Assembly (NCBI GenBank): GCA_024653305.1
Contig: JANLFW010000001.1
Span: forward strand, 29,780-93,779
Source: Candidatus Acetothermia bacterium
Lineage (GTDB): Bacteria > Bipolaricaulota > Bipolaricaulia > Bipolaricaulales > Bipolaricaulaceae
Length of the DNA stretch: 64,000 nt
Direction of reading: 5' to 3'
The notes beneath the pieces are model-generated. The model was given only the letters and a program-made list of their open reading frames with translations, was not told the origin of the DNA and did no database searches. The position numbers were made by a program, and so were the translations under genes. This document shows positions 38,452 through 47,882 of this stretch, piece after piece. Position 1 is the stretch's first letter, and each line of letters begins with the position of its first letter.

Positions 38452-38911
38452 GCTGGGCGAGCGGCTGCGGACGCGCGGGCTGACCCTGGCCGTGGCGGAG
38501 TCGTGCACCGGGGGGCTCCTGGCGATGCGGATCACCGAGGTCCCTGGCTCTTCCGCCTACTTCCGCGGCGGGGTGGTGGCGTACGCCAACGACGTGAAGG
38601 AGCACGTCCTCGGGGTCCCGTCCGACGTGCTCCGCCGGTTCGGCGCGGTGTCCCCGGAGTGCGCCCGGGCCATGGCGGAAGGGGCCCGCCGCCTCCTCGG
38701 AGCGGACCTGGCCTTGGCCACCACCGGGATCGCCGGGCCCGGCGGGGGGACCCCGGACAAGCCGGTCGGCCTGGTGTACGTGGCCCTGGCCACCGAACGC
38801 GACGTGATGGTGCGAAAGCTGCGCCTGGTCGGCTCCCGCCAGGGCAACCGGTGGTCGGCGAGCGAGTCGGCGCTGGCCCTGCTGGCCGAACACCTCGGCA
38901 TGGAAAGCTGA
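38438..38911 (+). CDS. pncC: Nicotinamide-nucleotide amidohydrolase (CinA C-terminal domain)
   Basis: 157 aa. LAVAESCTGGLLA and GGVVAYANDVK motifs. Confidence 0.85.
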   Translation: MLEGELGERLRTRGLTLAVAESCTGGLLAMRITEVPGSSAYFRGGVVAYANDVKEHVLGVPSDVLRRFGAVSPECARAMAEGARRLLGADLALATTGIAGPGGGTPDKPVGLVYVALATERDVMVRKLRLVGSRQGNRWSASESALALLAEHLGMES

Positions 38912-38916
38912 AGTCG

Positions 38917-40491
38917 ATGGCGGACCTGGTGGTGGTGTCGTGGGACGGCGCGCCGCCGGACGCGGTGCGGCGGTGGGCCGATGCGGGGAAGCTGCCGAAC
39001 CTGGCGGAGCTCGCCCGGGGTGGGGCCTGGGGGACCACGGTGAGCACGGTGCCTCCGGTCACAGCCCCGGCGTGGGCCAGCTTCCACACCGGCGTGGGCC
39101 CGGGGAAGCACGGGGTGTTCGAGTGGGCGGTGCGGCGGCCGGGGAGCTACATCCCCGCCCTGGCCGATGGCCGTTCCCTGGCCCTGCCCACGGTGTGGGA
39201 GATCCTGTCCAACCACGTGCCGGTGGGGGTGCTGGGCTACCCCCTCACCCACCCCGCCCGGCCGGTGCGGGGGTTCTGGATCCCAGGGTTCCTGGCCCCA
39301 CCGGACGCGGATGGCCATCCCCCGGGGATCATGGCCACCGTCCGCGAGAGCGCGCCCGGCTTCCTCGCCACCCCGCCTGAGTGGTCCCACGGGACCGACC
39401 CCACGGCCTGGGCGACGGAGCTCGCGGACCTGGCCGAACACCAGGCCCGGGCCGCGGTGGCCCTCGCCGACCGGTTTCGGCCGGCCGTCCTCGCCGTCCA
39501 CTTCCAGATCACCGATACCGTCCAGCACTACCTGGGAGAACGAGAGGAGGTGCTCGCGGTGTTCCAGGCCGCGGACCGAGCCCTGGGGATGCTGATCGAC
39601 GCCCTGGCCCCGCGGCGGACGATCCTCCTCTCCGACCACGGGATGGGCCCGGTGGACGGGGAGTTCCACATCAACACGTGGCTGCTCGCGGAGGGGTTCC
39701 TGCGCCTGCGCCGCCGGCCCGCGAGCGCCCTGCGCGGCTTCCTGTTCCGCCGCGGGGTTACCCCGATGAACCTGGCCGGGCTCGGCCAGCGCCTGTACCC
39801 GCTGGCCCGCCGGCTCGGGTTCCTACACAGTGGGCTGGAGCTGTGGGGCGACGGGGCGCTGGCCCGGGGAGTGCGGCGGGCCTTCCTCGGCCTGGAGGAC
39901 GTGGACTGGAGCAAAACGGTGGCCTATTCCCACGCGGAGATCGGGAGCATCTACCTCAACCGGGTGGGGCGGGAGCCCCGCGGGACGGTGGCCGCGGCCG
40001 ATGCCCCCCGGGTGCGACAGGACCTGGCCCAAGCCCTCGCCGAGGTCCGGCTTCCCAATGGGGAGCCGCTCCTCGGGGACCTGTACTTCGGGGAGGAGTT
40101 GTATCGGGGGGACAAGGCGTGGCTCGGGCCGGACATCCTGTTCCTGCCCCGGGGGCTGCGCTGGCTGGGCAAGGGGATCATCGGGTTCCTCCAGCACACG
40201 GTGTTTTCCCCGTCCCCGATGGCTGCCGGCCACCGCATGGAGGGGGTGCTCGTGGTGTCCGGAGGGGACGTGCCCCCCGCGCAGGCTCCCCGGGCGCGCC
40301 TGTGGGACTTGGCCCCCACCATCCTCGCCCTGTGCGACGTGCCCATCCCGTCGTGGATGGAGGGCCAGCCGCTGATGGAAGCGTTCGGGGATATGGCCTC
40401 CCCGCCTGCCTACGTGGCGGAACCGATGCCGGGGCGGGACAGCGCGGGAGAGGACACGATCCGGCGGTTACGGGGGCTGGGCTATCTCTAG
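38917..40491 (+). CDS. Alkaline-phosphatase-superfamily type I phosphodiesterase/nucleotide pyrophosphatase-like protein
   Basis: Start at MADLVVVSWDGAPPD (ATG 38917) within track ORF 38503..40491. STVPPVTAPAWASFHTG resembles the nucleophile region. DHGM metal motif. No signal peptide seen. Confidence 0.75.
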   Translation: MADLVVVSWDGAPPDAVRRWADAGKLPNLAELARGGAWGTTVSTVPPVTAPAWASFHTGVGPGKHGVFEWAVRRPGSYIPALADGRSLALPTVWEILSNHVPVGVLGYPLTHPARPVRGFWIPGFLAPPDADGHPPGIMATVRESAPGFLATPPEWSHGTDPTAWATELADLAEHQARAAVALADRFRPAVLAVHFQITDTVQHYLGEREEVLAVFQAADRALGMLIDALAPRRTILLSDHGMGPVDGEFHINTWLLAEGFLRLRRRPASALRGFLFRRGVTPMNLAGLGQRLYPLARRLGFLHSGLELWGDGALARGVRRAFLGLEDVDWSKTVAYSHAEIGSIYLNRVGREPRGTVAAADAPRVRQDLAQALAEVRLPNGEPLLGDLYFGEELYRGDKAWLGPDILFLPRGLRWLGKGIIGFLQHTVFSPSPMAAGHRMEGVLVVSGGDVPPAQAPRARLWDLAPTILALCDVPIPSWMEGQPLMEAFGDMASPPAYVAEPMPGRDSAGEDTIRRLRGLGYL

Positions 40492-40528
40492 GCGACGCGT
40501 CCCACCGTGGCTGATCCTGACGGTCCTG

Positions 40529-41572
40529 GTGCTGACCGGGGTCGCCCTGTTCGGGGCGCTCATCTACCTGAGCGGCCCGGGTCTGGTGCTGGCCGAGCTG
40601 GCCGCCGTCGGCGTCCTCGGGTTCCTGGCCGTGGTCGGCAACGTGGTGTGCTTCCTGCTCGCCTGGTCCATCAGCTGGTACATCCTCCTCCGTGGGGCGG
40701 GGATCGCCGTCCCTTGGTGGCGGACCCTCTCCCCCATGTTGGCCGGGTTCGCCGTGAGCTACATCACCCCGTCCATGTGCCTGGGTGGGGAACCGGTGCG
40801 GGCGTACTGGGTGGCGAAGGAGGCCCAGGTGACGATGGCCCGGGTGATGGCCACCGCGGCGGTGGAGCGCCTGCTCGCAGGGATTTCCCTCCTCGCGTTC
40901 GCCTCCATCGGCGGGTTCTTCGCCATCGTCTCCCCGCGGATCTCGCTCGCGGACAAGCAAGCTGTGGGCCTGGGGTTGGGCACCGTGGCCGTATTCCTCC
41001 TCCTCGGGGTGGTCTCGTTCGCCCGCAACTACCGATGGCTGTCGCGCATCCTGCGGGTCATAGCCCGCCTGTTCCCCAGGCGCCGCGGGCTCCTGGGGGC
41101 CGCGGACATGGTGGCGGAAACCGAAACCACGATGCACCTCGCGTTCACCCGCAAGCTCGGGTACACCAGCCTCGCGCTCCTGTTCCAGCTCCTCACCGTG
41201 TTCTTGAACTACCTCCGGCCCCAGATCTTCTTCTACTTCACCCAGAAGGCGCTGTTCACCTTCCCTCAGCTCTCGCTCTTCTTCACCCTAAACATGTTCC
41301 TGAACGCGTTTCTCTGGCTGACACCCGGGGGGTTCGGCCTCACCGATGGCGGGCGGCTCGGGATCTTCACCCTACTCGGAATCCCTCCGAGCAGCGCGGT
41401 GGCGTTCAACGTGGTGTACCGGTTTGTGGAGGTGGTCTTGGTCGGGGTGGGGGTCCACCTTCTCCTCCAGCGTGGCCTGTTCCGCCTGAGCCGGGGGCGG
41501 GTGGAGGTTCAGGTGGACCGGGAGGCAACCGGGCGCTACGATCCCCCGTCGGGAGGCGATGGCCGTGATTAG
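40529..41572 (+). CDS. UPF0104 / lysylphosphatidylglycerol-synthase-TM-region (flippase-like) membrane protein
   Basis: Track ORF of 347 aa, polytopic. The first helix seems to begin upstream of GTG 40529 (WLILTVLV is in frame) with no canonical start there, so the 5' end is uncertain. Confidence 0.65.
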   Translation: MLTGVALFGALIYLSGPGLVLAELAAVGVLGFLAVVGNVVCFLLAWSISWYILLRGAGIAVPWWRTLSPMLAGFAVSYITPSMCLGGEPVRAYWVAKEAQVTMARVMATAAVERLLAGISLLAFASIGGFFAIVSPRISLADKQAVGLGLGTVAVFLLLGVVSFARNYRWLSRILRVIARLFPRRRGLLGAADMVAETETTMHLAFTRKLGYTSLALLFQLLTVFLNYLRPQIFFYFTQKALFTFPQLSLFFTLNMFLNAFLWLTPGGFGLTDGGRLGIFTLLGIPPSSAVAFNVVYRFVEVVLVGVGVHLLLQRGLFRLSRGRVEVQVDREATGRYDPPSGGDGRD

Positions 41573-42131
41573 AAGACACACGTGGATCTTGGTGTACTTG
41601 GCCGTTGGGGTGCTGGGCTTTGCCCAGGCCACGCTGACCGACTTCCCCGTGGGCGTGACGGCCATGGAGTGGGCCCTGCGCGGGGGCAGCCCCAGCCTCG
41701 TTCAAGAGCTGTCCCTGACGGTGGAGGCGAAGGCCGACGGCCGGTTCAAGGTGGTGCTCGGCATGGCCTCGGAGGGGACGGCGGCCGACCTCGAGGCGCT
41801 CGGGTTTCTGGGCTCGTCCGTGTTCGTGCAGGCGGCAGGGGCCAACGTGGACCTGAGCGCGCTCCTGACCCTGATCCGCCGGCGGGAAGCCCTGAAGGTG
41901 GGAGAGGACTACGCCCTGCCGGGCGGCGTGGTGTTCCGGGCGCGGGCACGGGCGGACGTGGCCGGGGTGGGGTGCCTGATCGGGGAGTACCGGACCGCCA
42001 ACCGGCCGGACACGGTGGTGGAGGTCGGCCTCGCCCTGACCGACCCGGTGTACTTCGTCCCCCTCCTCCGGGTGACCGAGGGCGGGACGGTAACCTTCGA
42101 GATGGTCCTGACCGCGTACCGGCGTCCATGA
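41559..42131 (+). CDS. Secreted hypothetical protein
   Basis: Track ORF of 190 aa with signal peptide IRRHTWILVYLAVGVLGFAQA. ATGA overlap with the ABC ATPase gene. GTG 41565 is an alternative start with better SD spacing. Confidence 0.45.
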   Translation: MAVIRRHTWILVYLAVGVLGFAQATLTDFPVGVTAMEWALRGGSPSLVQELSLTVEAKADGRFKVVLGMASEGTAADLEALGFLGSSVFVQAAGANVDLSALLTLIRRREALKVGEDYALPGGVVFRARARADVAGVGCLIGEYRTANRPDTVVEVGLALTDPVYFVPLLRVTEGGTVTFEMVLTAYRRP

Positions 42132-42811
42132 GCTCTTCCCTCATCCGCCTGGAGCGGGTCACCAAGGTCTACCGCCTGGGAGAGGTCGACGTGCCCGCCC
42201 TGCGTGGGGTGGACCTGACCGTGGAAAAGGGGGATTTCCTCGCCCTGATGGGGCCGTCCGGCTCGGGCAAGTCCACCCTCCTTCACCTGATGGGGCTCCT
42301 CGATCGGCCGACCGCGGGAAGAATCGTATGGGACGGCAAGGACGTGACCGCTCTTAAGCCCAACCGCTTGGCCGAGCTGCGCGGCCGGCACATCGGGTTC
42401 GTCTTCCAGACGTTCAACCTGGTCGCCACCCTCACCGCGGTGGAGAACGTGGAGCTCCCCCTCCTGTTCCTCGGGGTGTCGCCGCGGCGGCGTCGAGAAC
42501 GGGCGGTGGAGCTCCTCACCCGAGTGGGGCTGGACGATCGCCTCGGCCATCGTCCGGGCCAGCTTTCCGGGGGGCAGCAGCAACGGGTGGCGATCGCCCG
42601 GGCGCTGGCCGCGGACCCGGAGCTCATCCTGGCCGATGAGCCTACCGGCAACCTGGACTCGGCCACCGGCCAGGAGATCCTCGGGTTGCTGTCCGAGCTC
42701 CACCGGCAGGGGAAGACGGTGGTGGTGGTGACCCATGACCCCGAGGCCGCGGCCGCCGCCGACCGCACGTTTAGGGTGCGGGACGGCCTGATCCGGGAGG
42801 GGGGAGCATGA
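42128..42811 (+). CDS. ABC transporter ATP-binding protein (MacB/LolD-type)
   Basis: Start at [15 protein letters not shown] (ATG 42128). [38 protein letters not shown]. Confidence 0.9.
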   Translation: MSSSLIRLERVTKVYRLGEVDVPALRGVDLTVEKGDFLALMGPSGSGKSTLLHLMGLLDRPTAGRIVWDGKDVTALKPNRLAELRGRHIGFVFQTFNLVATLTAVENVELPLLFLGVSPRRRRERAVELLTRVGLDDRLGHRPGQLSGGQQQRVAIARALAADPELILADEPTGNLDSATGQEILGLLSELHRQGKTVVVVTHDPEAAAAADRTFRVRDGLIREGGA

Positions 42812-43998
42812 CCTGGGACCTGTTTCGCCTCGCGGTACGGAACATCCTGCACCGCCGGCTGCGGTCGTGGCTGACCGTGATCGGCATCCTCATCGGGACG
42901 GCGGCGGTGGTGGCGTTGATCGCCATCGGCCAGGGGCTCCAGCGCACGATCACGAGCCAGGTGGGGCAGATCGTGGGGTTCAACACCGTACTCGTGATGC
43001 CACAGGGGGCGGGTTTCAACCAGCGCATCCGGGTTGACCCCGAGGCGCTGCGGGCCATCCCCGGGGTGCGGGCGGCGGTGGCGGTGCGCACGGAGACCGG
43101 GTACGTGGAGGGACCGGGCGGGAAGGGGTTCCTATCGGTGGTGGGCTACGAGCCGGCCATGGACGAACTGACCGCTGAGCTGGACCTGACCCTGGCCGCG
43201 GGAGGGAAGCTGACCGCCCCCGGGCAGGTGGTGCTGGGGGCCCGCACCTCCCAGGCCCTGGGGGCCCAGGTCGGGCAGACGGTGGCCATCGAGGACCGCC
43301 CGTTCCAGGTGGTGGGGATACTCGCACGGCAAGGGGACCAGCGAGGTGGGGGGGGCACCGCGGTAGGCGTGCCCATCAACGATGCCCTGTTCGTGTTCTA
43401 CGAGGACCTGCGGACCCTGTTCCCAGGGCCGGACCTCGTGCAGTACGCGATCGTCAAGGTACAGGACGACGCGGCCATCGCCGCGGTGAAGACGACGGTG
43501 CGGGAGAGCCTCCGCGCCCTCGGGGAGAAGAACGCCCAGATCGTCGACTTCGAGGACCTCACCCAGCGCATCCGGACCGTGCTCGGCGGGGTTCAGGCGT
43601 TCCTGGCCGGGATCGCCGGGATCTCGATCCTGGTGGGGGGGATTGGGGTGATGAACACGATGTACACCGCGGTCCTGGAGCGGACGCGGGAGATCGGGGT
43701 TATGAAGGCGGTGGGGGCCAAGGGACGCCACGTGCTGCTTCTCTTCCTGTTCGAGTCCGGGCTCATGGGCCTGGGCGGGGGGACGTTGGGGCTGATCGCC
43801 GGCCTGGGGGTGGCGTGGACGGCCACGGCGGTGGTGGGGCGCCTGTTCGATGCCCCGGACACGTTCACCCCAGCGATAGGGGCAGGCCTCGTGTTCGGGG
43901 CGCTCCTGTTCTCGTTCGCAGTGGGGGCGATCTCCGGGACCCTCCCCGCCCGCCGGGCGGCCCGCCTTCCCCCGGTGGAGGCCCTGCGCTACGAGTGA
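42808..43998 (+). CDS. ABC transporter permease (MacB/FtsX-domain type)
   Basis: 396 aa. N-terminal TM, large extracytoplasmic domain, three C-terminal TMs (FtsX-domain layout). ATGA overlap with the ATPase gene. Confidence 0.85.
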   Translation: MTWDLFRLAVRNILHRRLRSWLTVIGILIGTAAVVALIAIGQGLQRTITSQVGQIVGFNTVLVMPQGAGFNQRIRVDPEALRAIPGVRAAVAVRTETGYVEGPGGKGFLSVVGYEPAMDELTAELDLTLAAGGKLTAPGQVVLGARTSQALGAQVGQTVAIEDRPFQVVGILARQGDQRGGGGTAVGVPINDALFVFYEDLRTLFPGPDLVQYAIVKVQDDAAIAAVKTTVRESLRALGEKNAQIVDFEDLTQRIRTVLGGVQAFLAGIAGISILVGGIGVMNTMYTAVLERTREIGVMKAVGAKGRHVLLLFLFESGLMGLGGGTLGLIAGLGVAWTATAVVGRLFDAPDTFTPAIGAGLVFGALLFSFAVGAISGTLPARRAARLPPVEALRYE

Positions 43999-44807
43999 GG
44001 CCGTGAGGACGGGTAGCCGACGGCCCCTCCGAGCACGCCCAACCCCACCCCGGCGAGCAGGCCGAGCCAGGTGGCCATCGCCTCGCCCTTGAGGAAGCCA
44101 GGCGCCACCTCCTGTACCGCCGGTATCCCCTGACCCCAACTCCACAAGGCCCAATATGCGGCGAGGTAGATCACGGCCCCCCCGAGGCCCACCAGCCCTC
44201 CCAGGGCCAGGAACGGAACCCGTAGGCTGGCTTCGCTGACCCCGGCGTTCCTGAGCAGGGCGAGCTCGTCCTGCCAGGTGTGACCGGTCCGGGCCGAGGT
44301 CCGGTACCCCAACCATAGGCACCCCACGAGCGCGCTCACCAGCCCGGCCAGGGCCAGGATGCGGGAGATCGGGGGGAGCCGCGGCGGCGGGTTCACCGTA
44401 CGCTGGAAGAACTCCACCCCGGTCACGCCTTTGAGCGAGCTCAACCGGCCCTGGACGGAGGCCCGGGCGTCGCCCGAGCTCAAGTGCACGAGGAGCGTGC
44501 GCTGGGCGACCGGCACCGGGTCGGCCTCGCCCGGGAAACGGAACACCACCTGCTCCACCTCGGGCCAAGCCCAGACCTCGCTCCCCAACTGAGCGATCTC
44601 CGCCTCGGACAGGTCCGTGGCCAGCCTCGCGAGGAGGAACGCCTGCGTATACGGCTCGCGCGGGTTCTGGCTGTCCGGCAGCACGAACAGGGCGGTGGCG
44701 GTGGCGAGCACGGCTGCGGTCGCCAGCGCCCACCCGATCAGGGAGCCCCCGTGGCGGAGGCTGGACTTCAGGTACTCTGCGGTGAGGAACCACCGCCCTC
44801 GGTTCAT
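43989..44807 (-). CDS. ftsX: FtsX-like permease
   Basis: 272 aa with a TM, extracytoplasmic domain and 3 TMs. Directly downstream of, and overlapping, the FtsE-like gene. Confidence 0.6.
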   Translation of the reverse strand: MNRGRWFLTAEYLKSSLRHGGSLIGWALATAAVLATATALFVLPDSQNPREPYTQAFLLARLATDLSEAEIAQLGSEVWAWPEVEQVVFRFPGEADPVPVAQRTLLVHLSSGDARASVQGRLSSLKGVTGVEFFQRTVNPPPRLPPISRILALAGLVSALVGCLWLGYRTSARTGHTWQDELALLRNAGVSEASLRVPFLALGGLVGLGGAVIYLAAYWALWSWGQGIPAVQEVAPGFLKGEAMATWLGLLAGVGLGVLGGAVGYPSSRPHS

Positions 44808-45493
44808 GTCGTCACCCCCGGTCGCAACGCCACGAGGTAACAGGGAGAATCGGCCTGGCCCTTGGGCAAGAACCCGTGGCGCCGGGGCAGGCCGGCCTCC
44901 CGGGTGGTGGCGAGGATGGCCACCCCGGCGTGGTGGATCCCCCCCAGCACGTCCATCAGCTGGTCCTGGAGGAGAGCGGGCAGATCTCGAAACGGGTCAT
45001 CACAGAGGAGCACGATGGGGTCCGGGCACAGGCCAAGGGCAAGGGCGAGCTGCCGGCGCTCGATCTCGTCCAGGTCCGCGGCCAGCACGTCCTCGCGACC
45101 CTGGAGCCGGGCCAGCTCGAGGGCCCGCTCCGCATGCTCCTGAAGCTCCTCGCCGCCGTAGCCCAGGGCGCGGAGCTTGAACAGGAGGTTCCCGGCCACC
45201 GTGCGCCCGCCCAGGATGGCCGGGGCCTCCGGGACATACCCCACCCGCCGCCGGAGGTCCCGCGCCTTCCGCGGGGACAGCCGGGCCATGTTCCGCCCGA
45301 GGAGGAGGATCTGGCCCCCGTTGGGCTCAGCCTCCCTTAGGATCAGCTTGAGGAGCAGGGTCTTGCCCGAGGACGGCGGCCCGACCACGAACACGAACCC
45401 ATCCCGGGGAACGCCGAAGGACAGGTTATCCAACACCAGAACCCCATCCTCGGTGGCAAAGCGAAGTTCCGATACCTGGATGGCTATCCGCAT
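44804..45493 (-). CDS. ftsE: FtsE-like ABC protein with degenerate catalytic motifs
   Basis: Start at MRIAIQVSELRF (ATG 45493-45491). Walker A GPPSSGKT is intact. By eye alignment to E. coli FtsE, the signature LSGGE reads LDEIE, Walker B DEP reads DDP, H-loop THD reads TRE, and the Q-loop Q reads E. Confidence 0.65.
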   Translation of the reverse strand: MRIAIQVSELRFATEDGVLVLDNLSFGVPRDGFVFVVGPPSSGKTLLLKLILREAEPNGGQILLLGRNMARLSPRKARDLRRRVGYVPEAPAILGGRTVAGNLLFKLRALGYGGEELQEHAERALELARLQGREDVLAADLDEIERRQLALALGLCPDPIVLLCDDPFRDLPALLQDQLMDVLGGIHHAGVAILATTREAGLPRRHGFLPKGQADSPCYLVALRPGVTT

Positions 45494-46353
45494 CGGCCGA
45501 CGAAAAACCGCTCCTTTCCCGCGAGGTCCCGTTTCACGGCCATTTCTACCAGACCCGGGCACCGGCGGGCAAACTGGAGGACCGCTGTCCCTTGGCCGTG
45601 GCCGATCTCCACGAGCACCGCCCCGCCGGGCCAGAGGTGATCCCCCACCTGGGAAAGCAGGGCCCGCACGGCGGAGAGGCCATCCGGCCCCCCATCCACC
45701 GCCCGCCGCGCCTCGAACCGGCGCACCTCCGGGTCGAGGCGGGGGATGTCCCCGGTCGGGACGTACGGCGGATTGGACACCACGAGGTGAGACCGCTCCG
45801 AAACACGGGAGAACCAATCCGAGCGGCGCACCTCGATCCGCCGGTCCAGGCCCAGCCGGCGCACGTTCCCCCGGGCACAGGCCACCGCCCGCCCGTCCAC
45901 GTCCACCGCCACCACCCGGGCGTCGGGGCGGGCCCGGGCCAAGGCGATGGCGAGGACGCCGGTCCCGGTCCCCAGGTCCAAGGCCGCCGGGGGAAACGGG
46001 AACCCCTGGAGGATGCGAATGGCCCGTTCGGCCAGCTCCTCCGTCTCTGGCCGGGGGATGAACACGCCCGGGCGGACGGCGACCTCGAAGTCCAGGAACC
46101 CGGTCCCCCCCTCGAGGAGGGGGAGGGGGACGCGACGGGCCCGGGCCGCGAGCAACCGGAGGTACCGGCGGTGAGCGAGCACAGGGACCGGATCGTCCGG
46201 ACCAAGCAGGAGGTAAGGGGCGCCGATGGCCAGGGCCAGGAGGCGCCGGGCCTCCCGGGCCGGTGCCGGGATCCCGGCCGCGGCCAAGGTTTGATACCCG
46301 GCCGCCACCGCCCCCCGCACCCTCGTCGTCCCGCCGGCCTTGGTGGTGGTCAC
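45484..46353 (-). CDS. prmC: Release-factor glutamine N5-methyltransferase
   Basis: LDLGTGTGVLAIALA SAM motif and NPPY. GTG 46353 follows GGAGGCGTAGG. The track ORF extends upstream to 46563. Confidence 0.85.
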   Translation of the reverse strand: MTTTKAGGTTRVRGAVAAGYQTLAAAGIPAPAREARRLLALAIGAPYLLLGPDDPVPVLAHRRYLRLLAARARRVPLPLLEGGTGFLDFEVAVRPGVFIPRPETEELAERAIRILQGFPFPPAALDLGTGTGVLAIALARARPDARVVAVDVDGRAVACARGNVRRLGLDRRIEVRRSDWFSRVSERSHLVVSNPPYVPTGDIPRLDPEVRRFEARRAVDGGPDGLSAVRALLSQVGDHLWPGGAVLVEIGHGQGTAVLQFARRCPGLVEMAVKRDLAGKERFFVGRCG

Positions 46354-46414
46354 CCTACGCCTCCGCGTACAATGGTCACGATTCGCAGGGATTGTAACGG
46401 AAGAAGGGGGCAAT

Positions 46415-46918
46415 GTGGTGCACATCACATTGAAGGCGATGGTCATCCTCGCCCTGGGGTTGGCCGTCGGGGGATGCGCGTTCTTCGGCAGCCAGGAGAC
46501 CCCGGTGGACTTCTGGCAGCCGGTCCTCTCCCCAAACGGAGAGTTCCTAGCGTACGTGGCCAAGGGAGCGAAGAGCTACAACCTGTTCCTCCTCAATCTC
46601 AGCACCGGCCAGGAGCGGGCGGTGGTGGAGACCGACCAGGATGTGGTCTGCCCAAGCTGGTCGCCGGACGGGACGAAGCTCGCGTACATGACGGTCCAGG
46701 AGAAGGACAACTGGGACATCTTCACCGTGGACGTCGCGACCGGGCGGGTGTTCCGGGTGACGGCGGACCCGGCGGCGGACGTCAATCCGTCCTGGACCAC
46801 GACCGGGGTGATCGTGTTCAACTCCAACCGCGGGGGCAATTGGGGGGCGTACGCGGTGAACCCGGACGGGACCGGGCTCCGAAAGCTCTCGTTCGACCGG
46901 CCCCAGGACAAGGGCTGA
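46415..46918 (+). CDS. TolB-like (PD40 beta-propeller repeat) lipoprotein
   Basis: Lipobox LAVGGC. Repeats SPNGEFLAY, SWSPDGTKLAY, NPSW. GTG 46415 follows GAAGGGGG. Confidence 0.7.
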   Translation: MVHITLKAMVILALGLAVGGCAFFGSQETPVDFWQPVLSPNGEFLAYVAKGAKSYNLFLLNLSTGQERAVVETDQDVVCPSWSPDGTKLAYMTVQEKDNWDIFTVDVATGRVFRVTADPAADVNPSWTTTGVIVFNSNRGGNWGAYAVNPDGTGLRKLSFDRPQDKG

Positions 46919-46928
46919 CCCGACGCGG

Positions 46929-47603
46929 ATGCACGCCTCGGGGGTGATCCTCGCCGCCGGTCGGGGGGAACGGTTCGGCGGAGGGAGGAACAAGGTGTGG
47001 GCTGAGCTCGCCGGCCGGCCGCTGTTGCACTATCCGCTTCGGGCGTTCGCCCGGTCCGGGGCCGTGAACGAGGTGATCGTGGTCGCCCGACCCGGGGAGG
47101 AACGGGACGTGGACAGGATCGCCGGCGCGGTGCCGCTTCCGGTGCGGGTGGTCCCCGGCGGGGAACGCCGCCAGGACTCGGCCCGGGCCGGGGTAGAAGC
47201 GGCGCGTGGGGAGTACGTGCTCGTCCACGACGGGGCCCGGCCGCTGGTGTCCCCGGAGCTCATCCGGCGCGTGCTCGCTGCGGCCGAGGCCCATGGGGCG
47301 GCCGTGCCCGTGCTCCCTGTCGTGGACACCGTGCGCTACGCGCGGGGCGGGTACCTCGCCCTCGAACCGGTAACCCGGGACGGGCTCGTCCACATCCAGA
47401 CCCCCCAGGGGGGCCGCCGCGAGCTCCTGCTCGTCGCGTACACGGAAGCGACGCTGCGGGGCCTGGACCTCCCCGACGACGCAGCGGCGCTCCTGGCGCT
47501 GGGCCAACCCGTGGCCGCGGTGCCCGGCGACCCCGAAAACCTCAAGGTGACGCGCCCCGGGGACCTCGCCCTCGCCGCGCGCCTCCTCGGGGAGTCCGAC
47601 TAG
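46929..47603 (+). CDS. ispD: 2-C-methyl-D-erythritol 4-phosphate cytidylyltransferase
   Basis: GVILAAGRGERFG motif. 224 aa. Confidence 0.92.
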   Translation: MHASGVILAAGRGERFGGGRNKVWAELAGRPLLHYPLRAFARSGAVNEVIVVARPGEERDVDRIAGAVPLPVRVVPGGERRQDSARAGVEAARGEYVLVHDGARPLVSPELIRRVLAAAEAHGAAVPVLPVVDTVRYARGGYLALEPVTRDGLVHIQTPQGGRRELLLVAYTEATLRGLDLPDDAAALLALGQPVAAVPGDPENLKVTRPGDLALAARLLGESD

Positions 47604-47630
47604 GTAGCGGGCCAATCGTCACACAGGCTG

Positions 47631-47882
47631 CTAGTCCTCGGCCCAGGCGGGCATGGCCCGCATGTAGTGAGCGGCCCGGTCCATCGCCTGGTTGTCGGTG
47701 ATCCCCGGCTGCCAGCCCTTGAGCCACTCGGCGATGCCCTTCTGGACCTCAGCCCGAGGTTTGAGCTTCCCCGCGGCGTCGGTGCAGTACGTGCAGTACC
47801 GATCCGCCGGGCCCTTGAAACCAGGCGCCGAGAGGGACGCCCCGCACGAGGCACAGTAGACCCCCGGCGAGGGGGCGGTCAG
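47631..47882 (-). CDS. Small zinc-ribbon protein (Zn_ribbon_2-like) without a canonical start codon
   Basis: The C-terminal 80 aa of track ORF 47631..48179 read VYCASCGASLSAPGFKGPADRYCTYCTDAAGKLKP...AMPAWAED (CxxC...CxxC). There is no ATG/GTG/TTG between the mutS stop and the first Cys. CTG 47882-47880 overlaps the mutS TGA. Confidence 0.45.
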   Translation of the reverse strand: MTAPSPGVYCASCGASLSAPGFKGPADRYCTYCTDAAGKLKPRAEVQKGIAEWLKGWQPGITDNQAMDRAAHYMRAMPAWAED

